This document shows, one piece after another, positions 33,213-44,346 of a stretch of DNA of 64,000 bases. The position numbers and the translations under genes are program-made. The notes beneath the pieces were generated by a model. That model worked only from the letters and a program-made list of their open reading frames with translations. It made no database searches and was not told where the DNA came from. This DNA is from Rebecca billardiae RCC1528 (taxonomy: Eukaryota > Protista > Haptophyta): the NCBI GenBank assembly GCA_965240325.2, contig OZ251224.1, positions 2,170,001 to 2,234,000 of the forward strand, read 5' to 3'. Each line of letters opens with the position of its first letter. The first letter of the stretch is position 1.

Positions 33213-36200
33213 TCAGACCTCACGGCTGACGCTGCTGCTGGCGGCAGCCGCGTCGCCGTGAGAAGTCGTGCCGCCGCGGCGGTTGCCCTCCGACGCTGCA
33301 CTGCCGGCTGGCTGAGTCTGCCCGCCCGACGGCGGGGCACCAGTCGGCAAAGCCTGCTCCCAGCGGCTCTTGGCGCGCGGCACCATGGGTGACGTGCCGC
33401 GCGCCATTCTGCCCTTGGAATTCGTGCGCTGCGCGATCTGCAGCGGCGCCTCGAAGACGAGCGTGAGGGCCTTGGGCGCAGGGCTTCCGTGAGAGCGCGT
33501 CGCGCGCAGCCGTGGAGGTGGCGACTGCACGGTCGGCCGGGCGCGGGGCGACGCGTGCCCGTTGCCCCGCGCACCCTCGTCGCTGCGGCCGCTCTCGCGA
33601 GCACGGCCGCCGGTGCCGCCGCTCTCGCGCTTGGCGCGCGGGGAGCCGGCTGCGCCGGCACGCTCGCCGAAGGCGTTGCTCGTCCGCCACGCGGCCGGCG
33701 GGACCACAGGCCAGAGCGGCATGTACCGCCTGTACCCGCCGTCGTCGCCCACCTCCGGCAACGAGCTCGCCCGCACGCCCAGCGACGGCGGGCGCATGAC
33801 CGCGCCGCCGCCCGCGGGCATCGGCGTCGGCCGGAGCATCGGCGCGGCTTCGCCCCGCTCCGCGTCGCCTTGCTCGGCGGCGGATGCGGACGCGCCCGCG
33901 CCCGCGCGCGCGCCCAAGGCGGAGAGCGACTGCACGGCGTCGACGGACGAGCGCAGCCTGTCGCCCAGCCCACCGAGCTGCAGATCCGCCCACTCCCACT
34001 CCCACTCGAGCCATGGCAGCCGCGCGAGCAGGCCGGAGCCGACGCGCGCGAGCCGCGACTGCGGCGCCCTGCGCTCGGGCGGGAAGACGTACCCGCCGTG
34101 CGCGCGGCGTGCGCGCGCGAGCATGATGCAGAACATGGTGAACGAGCAGTACCCCTCGCACTTGAGCGCATCGGCCGCGAGCGCCTCCGTCCCCGCCGCG
34201 CCCAGGTCGAGCGGCGACGGCACCGCCGTCGCCGTCTTGCGCACGAGGGCTGCGAGCGTCTCGATCGCGGCGGTGCCAACGAGGTGGCGGCTCCGGTCGC
34301 GCGAGCGGCTGCGGCGGAGCGCGGCGTCGAAGACGGCGCGCGCGCCCGCGGCGAGGTCGAGCGCGTCGAGCACCGCCGCCGCGCGCGCGTGGCTCGTGTT
34401 CGCGTGCTCGGCCACCTCCGCCTCATGCGCTTCGAGCGTGGGCGCGCCGCCGCCGAGCCGACGGCGCGCCTCGATGGAAAGCGAGGCGTCAAAGATGTAC
34501 GCGCGCTGGCGCAGGTGGCCGTGCTCCGGGTCTCGCCACGCGATCCACGCGTTGAACGAGCCGGTGGCCACGCGGTCGATCAGCACGGCCACCGCGTGGA
34601 TCGGCCGGTACAGCAGCACGCTCGGCACCGCCAGCACGAGCCCGGCGACGCAGCCGAGCGCGCCGCCCCAGCGCGCCCAGTCGTCCGGCACGCGGAAGAC
34701 GTCGAGGATCGCGAGGACGAGCTCGAAGAGGAAGCCGACGACGCCGGCGAGCAGGCCGGCGAGCACGCCGCTCAGCCGCGCGATGCCCCAGCCGCGCGTG
34801 CGGTGCGGCTTGATCGTCCGGCGCCACGAGCTGAAGGCGCCCCACGCCGTCTGCTGCCGAGTGCTCACAGAGCGTCGCAGCGGCGCGTTGCGCATGATAG
34901 CGACGACCTCGGCGCTCACCTTGAGCTGCACGCCGCGCACGCTGTCGGACATGCGGAAGCGCGAGAGGCGCAGCTCAGGCTGGTCCAGCAGCAGGCTCAC
35001 GTCGCACAGCATCTTCTGCCGCGGGAGGCAGCGCTCAAAGTGGCGCACCGCCGTGCCCACGCCGTCCTCCGCGGCCATCCGCTCGGCGAGCTCGCGCGCG
35101 CGCGCCTGCACGCCGCGCTCGCGCAGCACGCCGAACTTGTGCGCGAGCGCGGGCGCGGTGAGCTGGCCGATGGGGCACGGCTCCGGCCCGACGCCCGCCC
35201 GGCGCACCATCTCGCCCCAGAAGAACTGGTCGCCGAAGAACGGGCAGATCATCGTCGGCTTGCCGTACCGCAGGCCGGCGGCGGTCGTGCCCGCGCCGCC
35301 GTGGTGCACGACCGCCGCGACCCTTGGCAGGAGCCAGTCGTGCGCGCACGGGCCGAGGTCGAAGCACAGCCCGCCGCTGGCCTCGGCCGTGCGCAGCTTG
35401 GACCACGGCGCCTGCACGAGCACGCGCGTCTTGCTCCGCCTCGCCGCCTCGACGATCGTACCGGCGAGCGCCGTCGGGTCATCGATCACCATCGAGCCAA
35501 AGCCGACAAAGATCGGCGGCTTGCCCGCGCCCAGGAAGGCGTCGAGTCGGCGCTGCTCGGCGGGGTCGAGGTTGCTGCCGGGCGCGCCGCCGTCGGCTCG
35601 CGCGGGCGACGCGAACGCGCCGACCACCTCGACGTGCTCGCCCGCCCAGTCCTCGGGCTTGGGGACGAACGACGGCGACCACATGAAGCTGAAAGGCACG
35701 CGGAAGCGGTGCAGCAGCAGCCCGACAAACGTGCCGAGCTGGAGCGCGGGGAGGCGGAGCACCTTGGTGCGCCACGCGTTGATCATCGCGCGGTTCGACA
35801 CCCACATCGCCTCCTCGACGATCGCGTAGCTGTGCAGGTTCACCTCGCCGCTCGTCGTGTCGTTGCGCAGGCCAGACATCGGGTGCGGGAACGCCTTGGT
35901 CGGGAGCCACGGCTGCGGGAACATCATGTGCAGCGGCACGCCGAGGGCCTCGGCGACGTGGACGTGGCCGAAGCACACGGGGTTGGCGATGATCGCGTCG
36001 GCGACGAACGGGCGCGCGTCGAAGTCGAACGGGTCCTTCTCCGTCACGGCCGGCCAGAGCGAGTGCACGATCTCGCGCAGCATCTCGACCTTGCTCAGCC
36101 GGAAGCGCAGGGCCTCGCCGATGAGCGTCCCGCCACTCTCGACCATCCAGCGCGAGAGCTTCCGAGGGTCCCCGGCGAGCGGGTAGTGCTCGACCCCGTG

Positions 36201-36440
36201 GCTCAGCACCAGGTGCCTATGCGCCGTGTGCGTGGCCACACGCACGCGGTGCCCGCGCTCGGCCAGCTTGAGCGCGAGCGAGATGAACGGCAGGATGTCG
36301 CCGTGCGTGCCGACGACGAGGATCGCGATGCAGAGCGGCGGCAGCTCGAAAGGCACGTGCTCGGACGCCGCCCAGTCCGCCGGCGGCCGCGACGCCGGCG
36401 CCGCCTCGTTTGAGGCGCGCGTCGCCGACTCCGCCAGCAT
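33213..36440 (-). CDS. Sterol 3-beta-glucosyltransferase (GT1, UGT80/ATG26-like) with a long C-terminal extension
   Basis: VGTHGDILPF, DAIIANP, PIFVGFGSM, HDWLLP, VVHHGGAGTTAAGL and PFFGDQFFWG. Confidence 0.93.
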   Translation of the reverse strand: MLAESATRASNEAAPASRPPADWAASEHVPFELPPLCIAILVVGTHGDILPFISLALKLAERGHRVRVATHTAHRHLVLSHGVEHYPLAGDPRKLSRWMVESGGTLIGEALRFRLSKVEMLREIVHSLWPAVTEKDPFDFDARPFVADAIIANPVCFGHVHVAEALGVPLHMMFPQPWLPTKAFPHPMSGLRNDTTSGEVNLHSYAIVEEAMWVSNRAMINAWRTKVLRLPALQLGTFVGLLLHRFRVPFSFMWSPSFVPKPEDWAGEHVEVVGAFASPARADGGAPGSNLDPAEQRRLDAFLGAGKPPIFVGFGSMVIDDPTALAGTIVEAARRSKTRVLVQAPWSKLRTAEASGGLCFDLGPCAHDWLLPRVAAVVHHGGAGTTAAGLRYGKPTMICPFFGDQFFWGEMVRRAGVGPEPCPIGQLTAPALAHKFGVLRERGVQARARELAERMAAEDGVGTAVRHFERCLPRQKMLCDVSLLLDQPELRLSRFRMSDSVRGVQLKVSAEVVAIMRNAPLRRSVSTRQQTAWGAFSSWRRTIKPHRTRGWGIARLSGVLAGLLAGVVGFLFELVLAILDVFRVPDDWARWGGALGCVAGLVLAVPSVLLYRPIHAVAVLIDRVATGSFNAWIAWRDPEHGHLRQRAYIFDASLSIEARRRLGGGAPTLEAHEAEVAEHANTSHARAAAVLDALDLAAGARAVFDAALRRSRSRDRSRHLVGTAAIETLAALVRKTATAVPSPLDLGAAGTEALAADALKCEGYCSFTMFCIMLARARRAHGGYVFPPERRAPQSRLARVGSGLLARLPWLEWEWEWADLQLGGLGDRLRSSVDAVQSLSALGARAGAGASASAAEQGDAERGEAAPMLRPTPMPAGGGAVMRPPSLGVRASSLPEVGDDGGYRRYMPLWPVVPPAAWRTSNAFGERAGAAGSPRAKRESGGTGGRARESGRSDEGARGNGHASPRARPTVQSPPPRLRATRSHGSPAPKALTLVFEAPLQIAQRTNSKGRMARGTSPMVPRAKSRWEQALPTGAPPSGGQTQPAGSAASEGNRRGGTTSHGDAAAASSSVSREV

Positions 36441-36888
36441 GGCGGGACTACCCGTTGGCTTGAACAGTGAGGTTCGAAAGCGAAGCACCGAGAATTCGGC
36501 GGTAATACCCTCATGGTCGCAACTCAATTGCGATTTACCGCTTGCAAGTTGCAACGGGTTGATTCAACACGATTCAGCTACTGACCACTATAGATTTTAC
36601 CTGCGCATCATCGACCAAACGATGCAAATCAGCTACCCACGAGCTCCAATATCGTCGCACGAATGATTGTGCGCACTCCTCTCCTCCGGAAAATGGCAGC
36701 AAATCGAAGCACACGCGCGACATCATAGCGAGTCGCGCGACACGGAGTTGCTCATGAAACGATGAATGCTGGTGCGACGAGTTGACAGTCACGGAATTGG
36801 CAGTGGGGTCACTCGGGTCGGGCGCAGTCGATCGCGCATCTCAGGCGGTCGGCGCCGCGGCGTGCGAGGACGCCCGGTTGATCGCCGC

Positions 36889-39195
36889 TCACACGCGGTC
36901 GCAGCCCTTGCCGTCGCAGGAGCCCGAGGACGCGGACGGCGTCGGCGTGGTGGGGCCTGCCCGCGAGGAGAAGAGCCCACCGCCGCCGCCGCCCTTGCCG
37001 CCCTTGCTGTCGGCCAGCGGCGGGTGCTGCTTGCCGGCCCGGTCCGCCGGGCGACGCAGCGGCTGCGCGCGCGGCATTGCACTCCGCGCGGCTCCCCACA
37101 CCGGCGCGCTCGCGCCGTCCGCGGATCTGCCACCGGCTTGCTTGGGCCCGCGCCCGGCGCGCGAGGCGGAGCGCTCCTTCTCGTCGTACTCGCGCCACAC
37201 GGCGGCCTCGAGCGCGCGCTTCGACCGGCTCGTCCGGGGCCGGACAAAGGTGTCGTCGCTCATCGTCGGGTGACGCGGGGCGCCGAAGCTGAGGCGGCGG
37301 GTGCGGGTCGCGGAGGAGAGGCGGCGCAGCCTGACCACGGGGCTCGCGTAGCTCGTGGGCTCCGGCTCGTCGGCGCCGCCGCTCAGTCCAAGCAGGTGGC
37401 CGAGCCGGCCCAAGAAGCCCTGCGACTGCTGCTGCTGCTGCTTGCTCTTGCGCACCTCCTCCTGGGCGGCCTTGCGCTCGGCGCGGATGCGCTCGAGGTC
37501 CTTGGCCATCGCCTTGATCGCGATGCGCATGTCGGCCACCTGCGTGCGGTACCGCCGGCGCACGTACTGCCCCATCAGCAGCGTGACCGTGAGCGCGACG
37601 AGCACGGGCACCGCGACAGACATGGTGAGGCGGAACCAGCCAATGTTGCGCGTGTACCGCTGGCAGCGCGGCACGCCGACCGACTGGTGGCAGCTCGGGT
37701 AGAGGAAGGCGAGGCCCTGCACGTCGTCCTCGGAGAGGCACGCATGCGGCGTGTGCTGCGTGAACTGCTTCATGATCGTCTCCGCCGGCGCGTCCGCGAG
37801 CTCGGGCAGCGACTCGTCCTGCATGCACGTGTTGGGCCCCATCGGCTCGGGCGAGCGGTAGTTGAGACCGTCGCGCGCGAGCTCATCCGGGTGGCCCAGG
37901 CCGAGCAGGTGGCCGGTCTCGTGGGCGAGGAGCGCGTTGAAGTCGAAGCACTCCCAGCAGGGCAGGAACACGCGCGTGTAGAAGATCGGCGGGAAGAGGA
38001 GGCAGACCCAGAGCAGGATCACGACGGACCAGTGCCGGTTGGCGACCGTCAGGAAGATGCTCGCGAGCTTGGTGCGCCGCCACGCCGACCACGCGTCCTC
38101 CGTCGACGGCTCGGGCAGGTTGAAGAGCGAGAGGCGGCGCTCGGGGCTCGAGTCGGCGGGCTGCGGGCCGCGGCCGCTCGTGCGCGGCCGGCGCGCCGAC
38201 TGCGGGCCGTCCGTCGCGGCGCGCTCCGAGAGCCGAGGCGCGCTGCTCTCGCCCTTGTCCTCGGCGTTCTCTGTCGGCTCGCGGCTGGCGAGCTGCTTCG
38301 AGCCGGCCGCGCGCCGGCGGTGGAGGTTGAAGACGTACGAGACGTGCTCGGCGGCCTCGAAGCGCGTGTTGGGCGGCGCGCCCGTGCGCGTGCGCGCGCG
38401 CGCCTGGCTGTACACCTCGTGCACCGCGTACCCCGTCACGCACAGCTGCACGAGCAGCGCGACGAGCGCGAGGCTCCACACGACCGCCAGGACCGCCTGG
38501 CCGATCCGCAGCGCGCGCTGCTCGCCCATCCTGTCCTTCCACGCATGGAAGGGGTGGCAGAAGGTGTTGTCCAGGTACCAGCACGAGCCGGCGTTGATGA
38601 AGATCGTGGCGTCCTCGATGCGCAGGTGGTCCTTCGTCGTGTTCCCGTTCGTCTTGCGGATGCCGAGGCGGCGCGCGCGGTGCTCAATGTACGCGGCGCG
38701 CGCGCCGTAGTGGTCGCCCGCGGTGGCGGTGATGCGGACCTGGGGCTCGATGCAGCCGTCGTCGAGCTCGTTCTCGTTCTTGCCACACGTCTCCACCCCG
38801 GCGTTGACGAAGTGGACGACGCGCGAGTTCGCCTCCCACGAGAGGAACGCGCGGTCGATCGCGTCGAGCAGGTTGTCGCACGTCACAAAGAGGCGCGCGT
38901 CCTCCATCATGTCGTCGCGGAAGACGGGGAGCATCGTGTCGCAGAAGCTGGAGTCCACGGTGTAGGTGATACCTCCGCCGAGGCCCTCGATCGACGACGC
39001 CGAGTCCTCCGGCGCGTGCCACCGGAAGCCCGTGTCGAGCCCGATGCCAATGCCATCGTCCTCGACGCCGATCGGACCCCACGCGTGCGCGGGCGCGAGG
39101 AGGGTGCACGCCAGGAGGAGGCCGGCCGGAGCGGTGGCGATGGCGGAGCGGATGCCGCGCGGGCGCCCGCGCCCGCGAGGGTGGTCTGAACGCAT
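36889..39195 (-). CDS. Membrane-anchored metzincin (matrixin/M10-like) metalloprotease
   Basis: Signal peptide; DAIDRAFLSWE; zinc motif HETGHLLGLGH; Met-turn TIM; LSEDDVQGLAFLYP; three TM segments. Confidence 0.88.
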   Translation of the reverse strand: MRSDHPRGRGRPRGIRSAIATAPAGLLLACTLLAPAHAWGPIGVEDDGIGIGLDTGFRWHAPEDSASSIEGLGGGITYTVDSSFCDTMLPVFRDDMMEDARLFVTCDNLLDAIDRAFLSWEANSRVVHFVNAGVETCGKNENELDDGCIEPQVRITATAGDHYGARAAYIEHRARRLGIRKTNGNTTKDHLRIEDATIFINAGSCWYLDNTFCHPFHAWKDRMGEQRALRIGQAVLAVVWSLALVALLVQLCVTGYAVHEVYSQARARTRTGAPPNTRFEAAEHVSYVFNLHRRRAAGSKQLASREPTENAEDKGESSAPRLSERAATDGPQSARRPRTSGRGPQPADSSPERRLSLFNLPEPSTEDAWSAWRRTKLASIFLTVANRHWSVVILLWVCLLFPPIFYTRVFLPCWECFDFNALLAHETGHLLGLGHPDELARDGLNYRSPEPMGPNTCMQDESLPELADAPAETIMKQFTQHTPHACLSEDDVQGLAFLYPSCHQSVGVPRCQRYTRNIGWFRLTMSVAVPVLVALTVTLLMGQYVRRRYRTQVADMRIAIKAMAKDLERIRAERKAAQEEVRKSKQQQQQSQGFLGRLGHLLGLSGGADEPEPTSYASPVVRLRRLSSATRTRRLSFGAPRHPTMSDDTFVRPRTSRSKRALEAAVWREYDEKERSASRAGRGPKQAGGRSADGASAPVWGAARSAMPRAQPLRRPADRAGKQHPPLADSKGGKGGGGGGLFSSRAGPTTPTPSASSGSCDGKGCDRV

Positions 39196-39907
39196 GTTAT
39201 CCGCGTTCGACGGCTCGTGCGTTGGTTCCCAGGGCTCACCGGGGGCACACCCGTCGCCTGACGCGCGGGCTGTGCGCTGGGCGGGCGTGGTTCCGCTCTG
39301 GCTCGCGAGCTAGAGGCGGGGTCGCGCGGGAGCATCAATCCCACACATCGAGCCGCGAGCGAAGTACGGAGGGCGATTTTAGCAGCATAGGTTTTAGTGA
39401 TTCATCATCACCCATCAAGTGTGTTGTAAGCGATAGCAATCTAGTAGAAAATAGACGTGCAATAACCCCCCATTTCATTCATCATCAAACCCTGTCTTTG
39501 GACAGCGGTTGCCATCAAACTTTGCCCGCCCTGGCGCGCCCTCGAAAGTCCGAGAGGCCTTAAACCAGCTCAAATCGCCACTATCTTGCCCAGAGGATGG
39601 AACCTATTTCTGATTCTCTTGATTAGGGAATGAATGATTATCCGCGTTTCGAACCCGCCATGCGACCTATCCTAAAGTATGCCAGTATGGGCTACCTACC
39701 AAGGGCGTTCCCGGGATCCTGCCACACGCTCCCGAAAAGCAAAGCCCCCCCTGGGGGGGCTTTGCCTTTTTCCGTATTCAATGTACCCGCTTCAAATGGA
39801 CGAAGCCCGTTCCAATAGGAAGACGGTTCAATTTGGCGTATGACCGATGCGGGGAACGCCCCTGAGTAGTAGTGCAAGCACAAGATTCCATCTCCGCTTA
39901 TTGGACG

Positions 39908-41431
39908 ATGGCGCATTCTCCCCCTCGCCTCCTCCAGCCCGACCCCACGCCACGACTGGCGTGCGGGACGTTCGCGGCACGCTCGCGCGTGCTGCGGCTC
40001 GTCGATCTCGCGCGCGCGTGTGAGGCGGATCCGTCGCGCGCGCCAGAGCTCGTCGCCGCCGCGCGCGCGCTCGCAGCCGAGGCGTACGGGCAGCTGCATA
40101 CCGGGCACTGGACGCAGGTCGACCCCGCCTGGCGCGAGGCGTACATGCTCGCCGCGCTCCATGCTGCGCAGGGCGAGCGCGCGCTGGCGGGCGATGCGAG
40201 CGCCGAAGACATCGTGCGCACGCTCGACCTCGGCCTGATGCTCGGCAACGGCGCGTACCGCCAGCAGCTGCTCGAGGCGGTCGAGGCGGTGGACGCGCCG
40301 CCGCGCGCGCCGCGCGCGCCGCGCCGCGGGGGCCCGTCTGCGCCGCCGCGGAGAGGAGCGGCGCCCGCCGTGGCGCCACGCTTGCCGCTGCGTCCGTCCG
40401 GATCGCCCATCCGCGTGCTCCACCTGCCCGCCCTCGAGCACTTCTACAACGAGTGCATGGCCGTGCGCCAGCCCGCAGTCATCAAAGGGATGCTCGACAG
40501 CTGGCCCGCGCGCACCACGCGCCCGTGGAGTGATTTGGACTACCTGCGCGCGGTGGCGGGCCACCGCACGGTGCCGGTCGAGCTGGGAGAGCATTACCTG
40601 CACGCGAAATGGCGCGAGGAGCTGATGACGTTCGGCCAGTTCATCGACGCGCACATCGACCCTGCACGGTCGGACGAGCGGAGCGGTGCGCCCGCGGCCG
40701 AGCCGCCCCTCCAGCCGCCGCGAGGCTACCTCGCCCAGCACCAGCTCCTCACGCAGATCCCCGCGCTCCGGCGCGACATCATCGTCCCGGACTACTGCGC
40801 GCTCTCCACGGACGAGGACGAGGACGACGGGAGCGAGGACGACGAGGAGGAGGCGAGAGGACAGCTGGCGGCGGTCGCGGCGCAGCCCCCGTCGGGCGCG
40901 GGCGAGGCCGACCTGATGGCGGCGGCGCGCGACGGCAGCGCACACGCGGGGCGGCGGCCGCAGTCGGACGGCTGCGATGGGAGCACGCCGCCGTTCGACT
41001 CGTGCCCACCCGCGAAGCGCGCGCGCGTGCACGATGATCGCGCGCTGGCACCACCTGGCGGCCGGCGGCGCGGTGCGGAGCCGGGCGGTGTGCAGGTGAA
41101 CGCGTGGTTTGGCCCTGCGGGCACGGTCTCGCCGCTGCACCACGATCGCTACCACAACCTGCTCGCGCAGGTGGTCGGCCGCAAGTACGTCCGGCTGTAT
41201 GCCGCCGAGTACACGAGCGCGCTCTACCCTCGCACGGACGCGCTGCACGCCGTGAGCTCGCAGATCGAGGACCTGCACGCCGTCGACGAAGCGCGCTTCC
41301 CGCTCTTCGCGGCCGCGCCCTATGCGGATGTGGTGCTCGCCGAGGGCGAGGCGCTGTACATCCCGCCGCACGTGTGGCACTACGTCGAGTCGCTCGAGAC
41401 GAGCTTCTCCGTCAGCTTCTGGTGGCGCTAG
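39908..41431 (+). CDS. JMJD5: JmjC-domain 2OG oxygenase, JMJD5/KDM8-like
   Basis: [56 protein letters not shown] and SFSVSFWW. Confidence 0.92.
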   Translation: MAHSPPRLLQPDPTPRLACGTFAARSRVLRLVDLARACEADPSRAPELVAAARALAAEAYGQLHTGHWTQVDPAWREAYMLAALHAAQGERALAGDASAEDIVRTLDLGLMLGNGAYRQQLLEAVEAVDAPPRAPRAPRRGGPSAPPRRGAAPAVAPRLPLRPSGSPIRVLHLPALEHFYNECMAVRQPAVIKGMLDSWPARTTRPWSDLDYLRAVAGHRTVPVELGEHYLHAKWREELMTFGQFIDAHIDPARSDERSGAPAAEPPLQPPRGYLAQHQLLTQIPALRRDIIVPDYCALSTDEDEDDGSEDDEEEARGQLAAVAAQPPSGAGEADLMAAARDGSAHAGRRPQSDGCDGSTPPFDSCPPAKRARVHDDRALAPPGGRRRGAEPGGVQVNAWFGPAGTVSPLHHDRYHNLLAQVVGRKYVRLYAAEYTSALYPRTDALHAVSSQIEDLHAVDEARFPLFAAAPYADVVLAEGEALYIPPHVWHYVESLETSFSVSFWWR

Positions 41432-42065
41432 GGCATTACAAGAAGGGTGCCCTTTCGCTTGTCGTCTGCTCACCTCCCCGCCATCGTGTGATGCGATAAA
41501 CGACCGCAGGCTCGTGGCAGCTGACTAATCCGCAGGGCTCCGGACTGCCAGAGGCCGCAGACGTCCTCCATGCTTCGCACCAGCCGGATCGCTGGCCACA
41601 GGAAGCCAGGATCCAAGGTCAGGCCCAGGCGCGAGGACATGTACAGCACCTTCGCCTGTGCCGATCGATGAGGGATAGGGAAGTAAAGGCCCGGCGCAGA
41701 GCGTCTGACTGTAAGTCTGTTCAGACTGTTAGTTCCCCGGAAGTAAAAGTAGCCAACGACAGGGAGTGTCGTTTTAAAATCATAGAATGAGTAGATCGAT
41801 CGAACGTTGCACGATTCAGAACGTTACACTTTGCCCCTTCGCTTTGACGAACCGTCGCATCTGTCGTCGCCTCGTCGGGACTCGGGATCACGACCTTGTA
41901 CTCATCATACAATCTCGCCTGCCTGAGCTGTGTGCGTCTCTTATCTCCGCTCTTCCTGTTTCTCTCCACGATCCGGCTCGCCAAACTCGCCAAATTGCGT
42001 GCTTTGCGCACAAATTGCTTACTTTGCGCTACTTGGAAATTACTTGGTATTTCGTCACGGGTTCG

Positions 42066-42240
42066 GGCCGCATAAACCGCCAATCGGAGTAAGCAGGCGC
42101 CAATCGGAGTAAAAAACGTTCGTCACGCCGCATAAACCGCCAATCCAAGTAAACAGACGCCAATCCAAGTAAAAAAGCACGGACCAAGTAAAAAACGCCG
42201 GACCAAGTAAGTTAGTTATGCGGAAGCCGGACCAAGCAAG
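42066..42240 (+). repeat. Cluster of ~19-20-bp short repeats (CGCCAATCSRAGTAA x4, GGACCAAGYAA x3)
   Basis: Directly visible, with a 60-bp higher-order duplication (CCGCATAAACCGCCAATC at 42069 and 42128). Confidence 0.85.
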
Positions 42241-42371
42241 TCTGCAAGTGTTGCAGCCCCGCCGGACGTCCGTCCCACGAGAGCTCAGAGCTCCCGCCCG
42301 CCACGCGCGCTGAGCCCAGGCGCGCCGACGCCCGCGCGGACGAGCGCGTGGGTGCGGCCGCCGCGCGCGTG

Positions 42372-42736
42372 CCCGTGCTCGACGACGAGCAGGCCTGCAT
42401 CGTCCACGCCGTGCTCTCCGACGTCGACGCGCCGACCGCGCGGAGTGCTGCACTCGCGGCGAGTGCTGCACTCGCTCAGCGCCTCCGCTGGCGCGGAAAA
42501 GACGGTCATGCTGCGCGCCCTGCTGCGCGCGCGCGGCTGGGGACGTCGCGCTGCCGTGCGCGTGGTCCGGCATCACGGCGCTTGCCTTCGATGGCGGTGG
42601 CACCTTCCACTTGCAGCACCACATGCACGTTGACAAGCAGCACGAGAACAAGACCTTTCACGTGTCCCACAGCACGCAGCGCGGCGACCTGCTCGCCAGC
42701 GCGCGGCTTGTCATCTGGGACGAGGCGCCCGTGCTG
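42372..42736 (+). pseudogene. Frameshifted PIF1-family helicase fragment, Helitron RepHel type
   Basis: Motifs in order across three frames: LDDEQACIVHAV, degenerate Walker A SASAGAEKT, motif Ia CAWSGITALAFDGGGTFH, Walker B DLLASARLVIWDEAPV. Confidence 0.82.
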
Positions 42737-44303
42737 CCCCGACCTTCCGCCGCTCGCCAGGCGCCCCCGCCGCGGATGCCGCCGCCGCCACCGATGCCGC
42801 CGCATCCTCCGATGCCCCCGCCGCCGCCGGTGCCAGCGCCGAGGCCGATGCCCACTGCGCGCCGCGCACGCGCGTGCGCTCAGCGCAGTGCTCGATGCCC
42901 ACGGTCGCCGCGAGCTTGCCCGTGGGGCGCCACGTTCGTCCTCGACCTCGCCGTGCTCGGCGCGCTCGCGGCCACAAGCTTTACCCGGCGTCAACGCCGA
43001 CGCCGCCCAGCGCGCGCGCGCTCGACAGCCTGCGCCGCCGCCACCTATGCCACCGCATCAGCCGGGCGGCGCCATCCATCGCACCTGCCACCTTCCGCCG
43101 CTCGCCAGGCGCCCCCGCCGCGGATGCCGCCGCTGCCTTCGATGCCGCCGCATCCTCCGGTGCCCCCGCCGCCGCGACAGCCTGCGCCGCCGCCGCCGCC
43201 TATGCCACCGCATCAGCCGAGCCCGCCTATCGCCGACGCCGCCCAGCGCGCACTCGACAGCGTGCAAGCCATCAGCTCAGCCTTCACGCCGAGTGCTACT
43301 CCGACATGCGCGACGGACCTTTGCCAGGGGCCGCGCCGAGGGCAGGCGCCCAGAGTCACGAGGCCGGCGCAGACGCCACCGGCCTGACAGTGATGCATCA
43401 GACCGCCGCAGCCGCCGCTGGCGCCCAGCCTGCCGCAGCCGCCCAGACAGCTGCCAAGCCCGCCGCCGCTGCCACCGCCGCAGCGCGTCAACAACCAGCC
43501 CGACCCGCCCGCAGCCGCAGCCGCAACCCTGCCGGAGCAGCCGTCAGCCAATGCAGCCGCCGACGCCGACCCCAGCTGGAGCAGTCGGCCGCCCCAAGGG
43601 GGGGGGGGGGGGGCACTGACCGACAGCACGTGCCCGCCATCGACGACCTGCTCGACAGCTGCGGTGAGATGATAAACCGGCGCGGCGCCCGCCCAGCAGG
43701 TGGGCACGCCGACAACGCCTTATGACAATTGGTGATGCCATGCCGGTCACGGAACGGTGCTGCAATCCGAGCGCGTGCCGAGCCGCTCAGCCGACCGTGA
43801 GGCACGTGACACGCTCACTGTGACTCAGCAGCCGCTCAGCACGGCCGGACCGTGACAATTAGTGGCGTATGTTATATTATTCGGCCAATATGCTGCCGCC
43901 GCCGCCGATGGCCCCGCCGCCGCCTGTGCCAGCGCCGAGGCCAACGCCCACTGCGCGCCGCGCACGCGTGTGCGCTCAGCGCAGCGCTCGATGCCGACGG
44001 TCGCCACGAGCCGCGCACCTGGGCCGCCGCGTTCGACCTCGCCCTCGCCGCCGTGCTCAGTGCGCTCGCGGCCACGCGCTCGCCAACGAGGGCGTGCTGA
44101 GCAGTGAGCGCGCGCGGCTGCTACGCCCGGTGCGTCATCGCCGACGCAGCCCAGCGCGCGCTCGACAGCGTGCGAGCCACCAGCTCAGCCTTCACGCCAA
44201 GTGCTACTCTGACATGCGCGAGAGCTTTGTCAGGGGCCGCGCCCAGTTCCGCGGCTGGCTTGAAGGGCAATGTGTGCACCAGGCGTGCACGGCTGTGCTG
44301 CAG

Positions 44304-44346
<43 letters not shown>

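Noticed and set aside
41935-41944. GTCTCTTAT as a Nextera/Tn5 adapter remnant
   Set aside because: Only 9 bp match the mosaic end; the rest of the 30-mer does not
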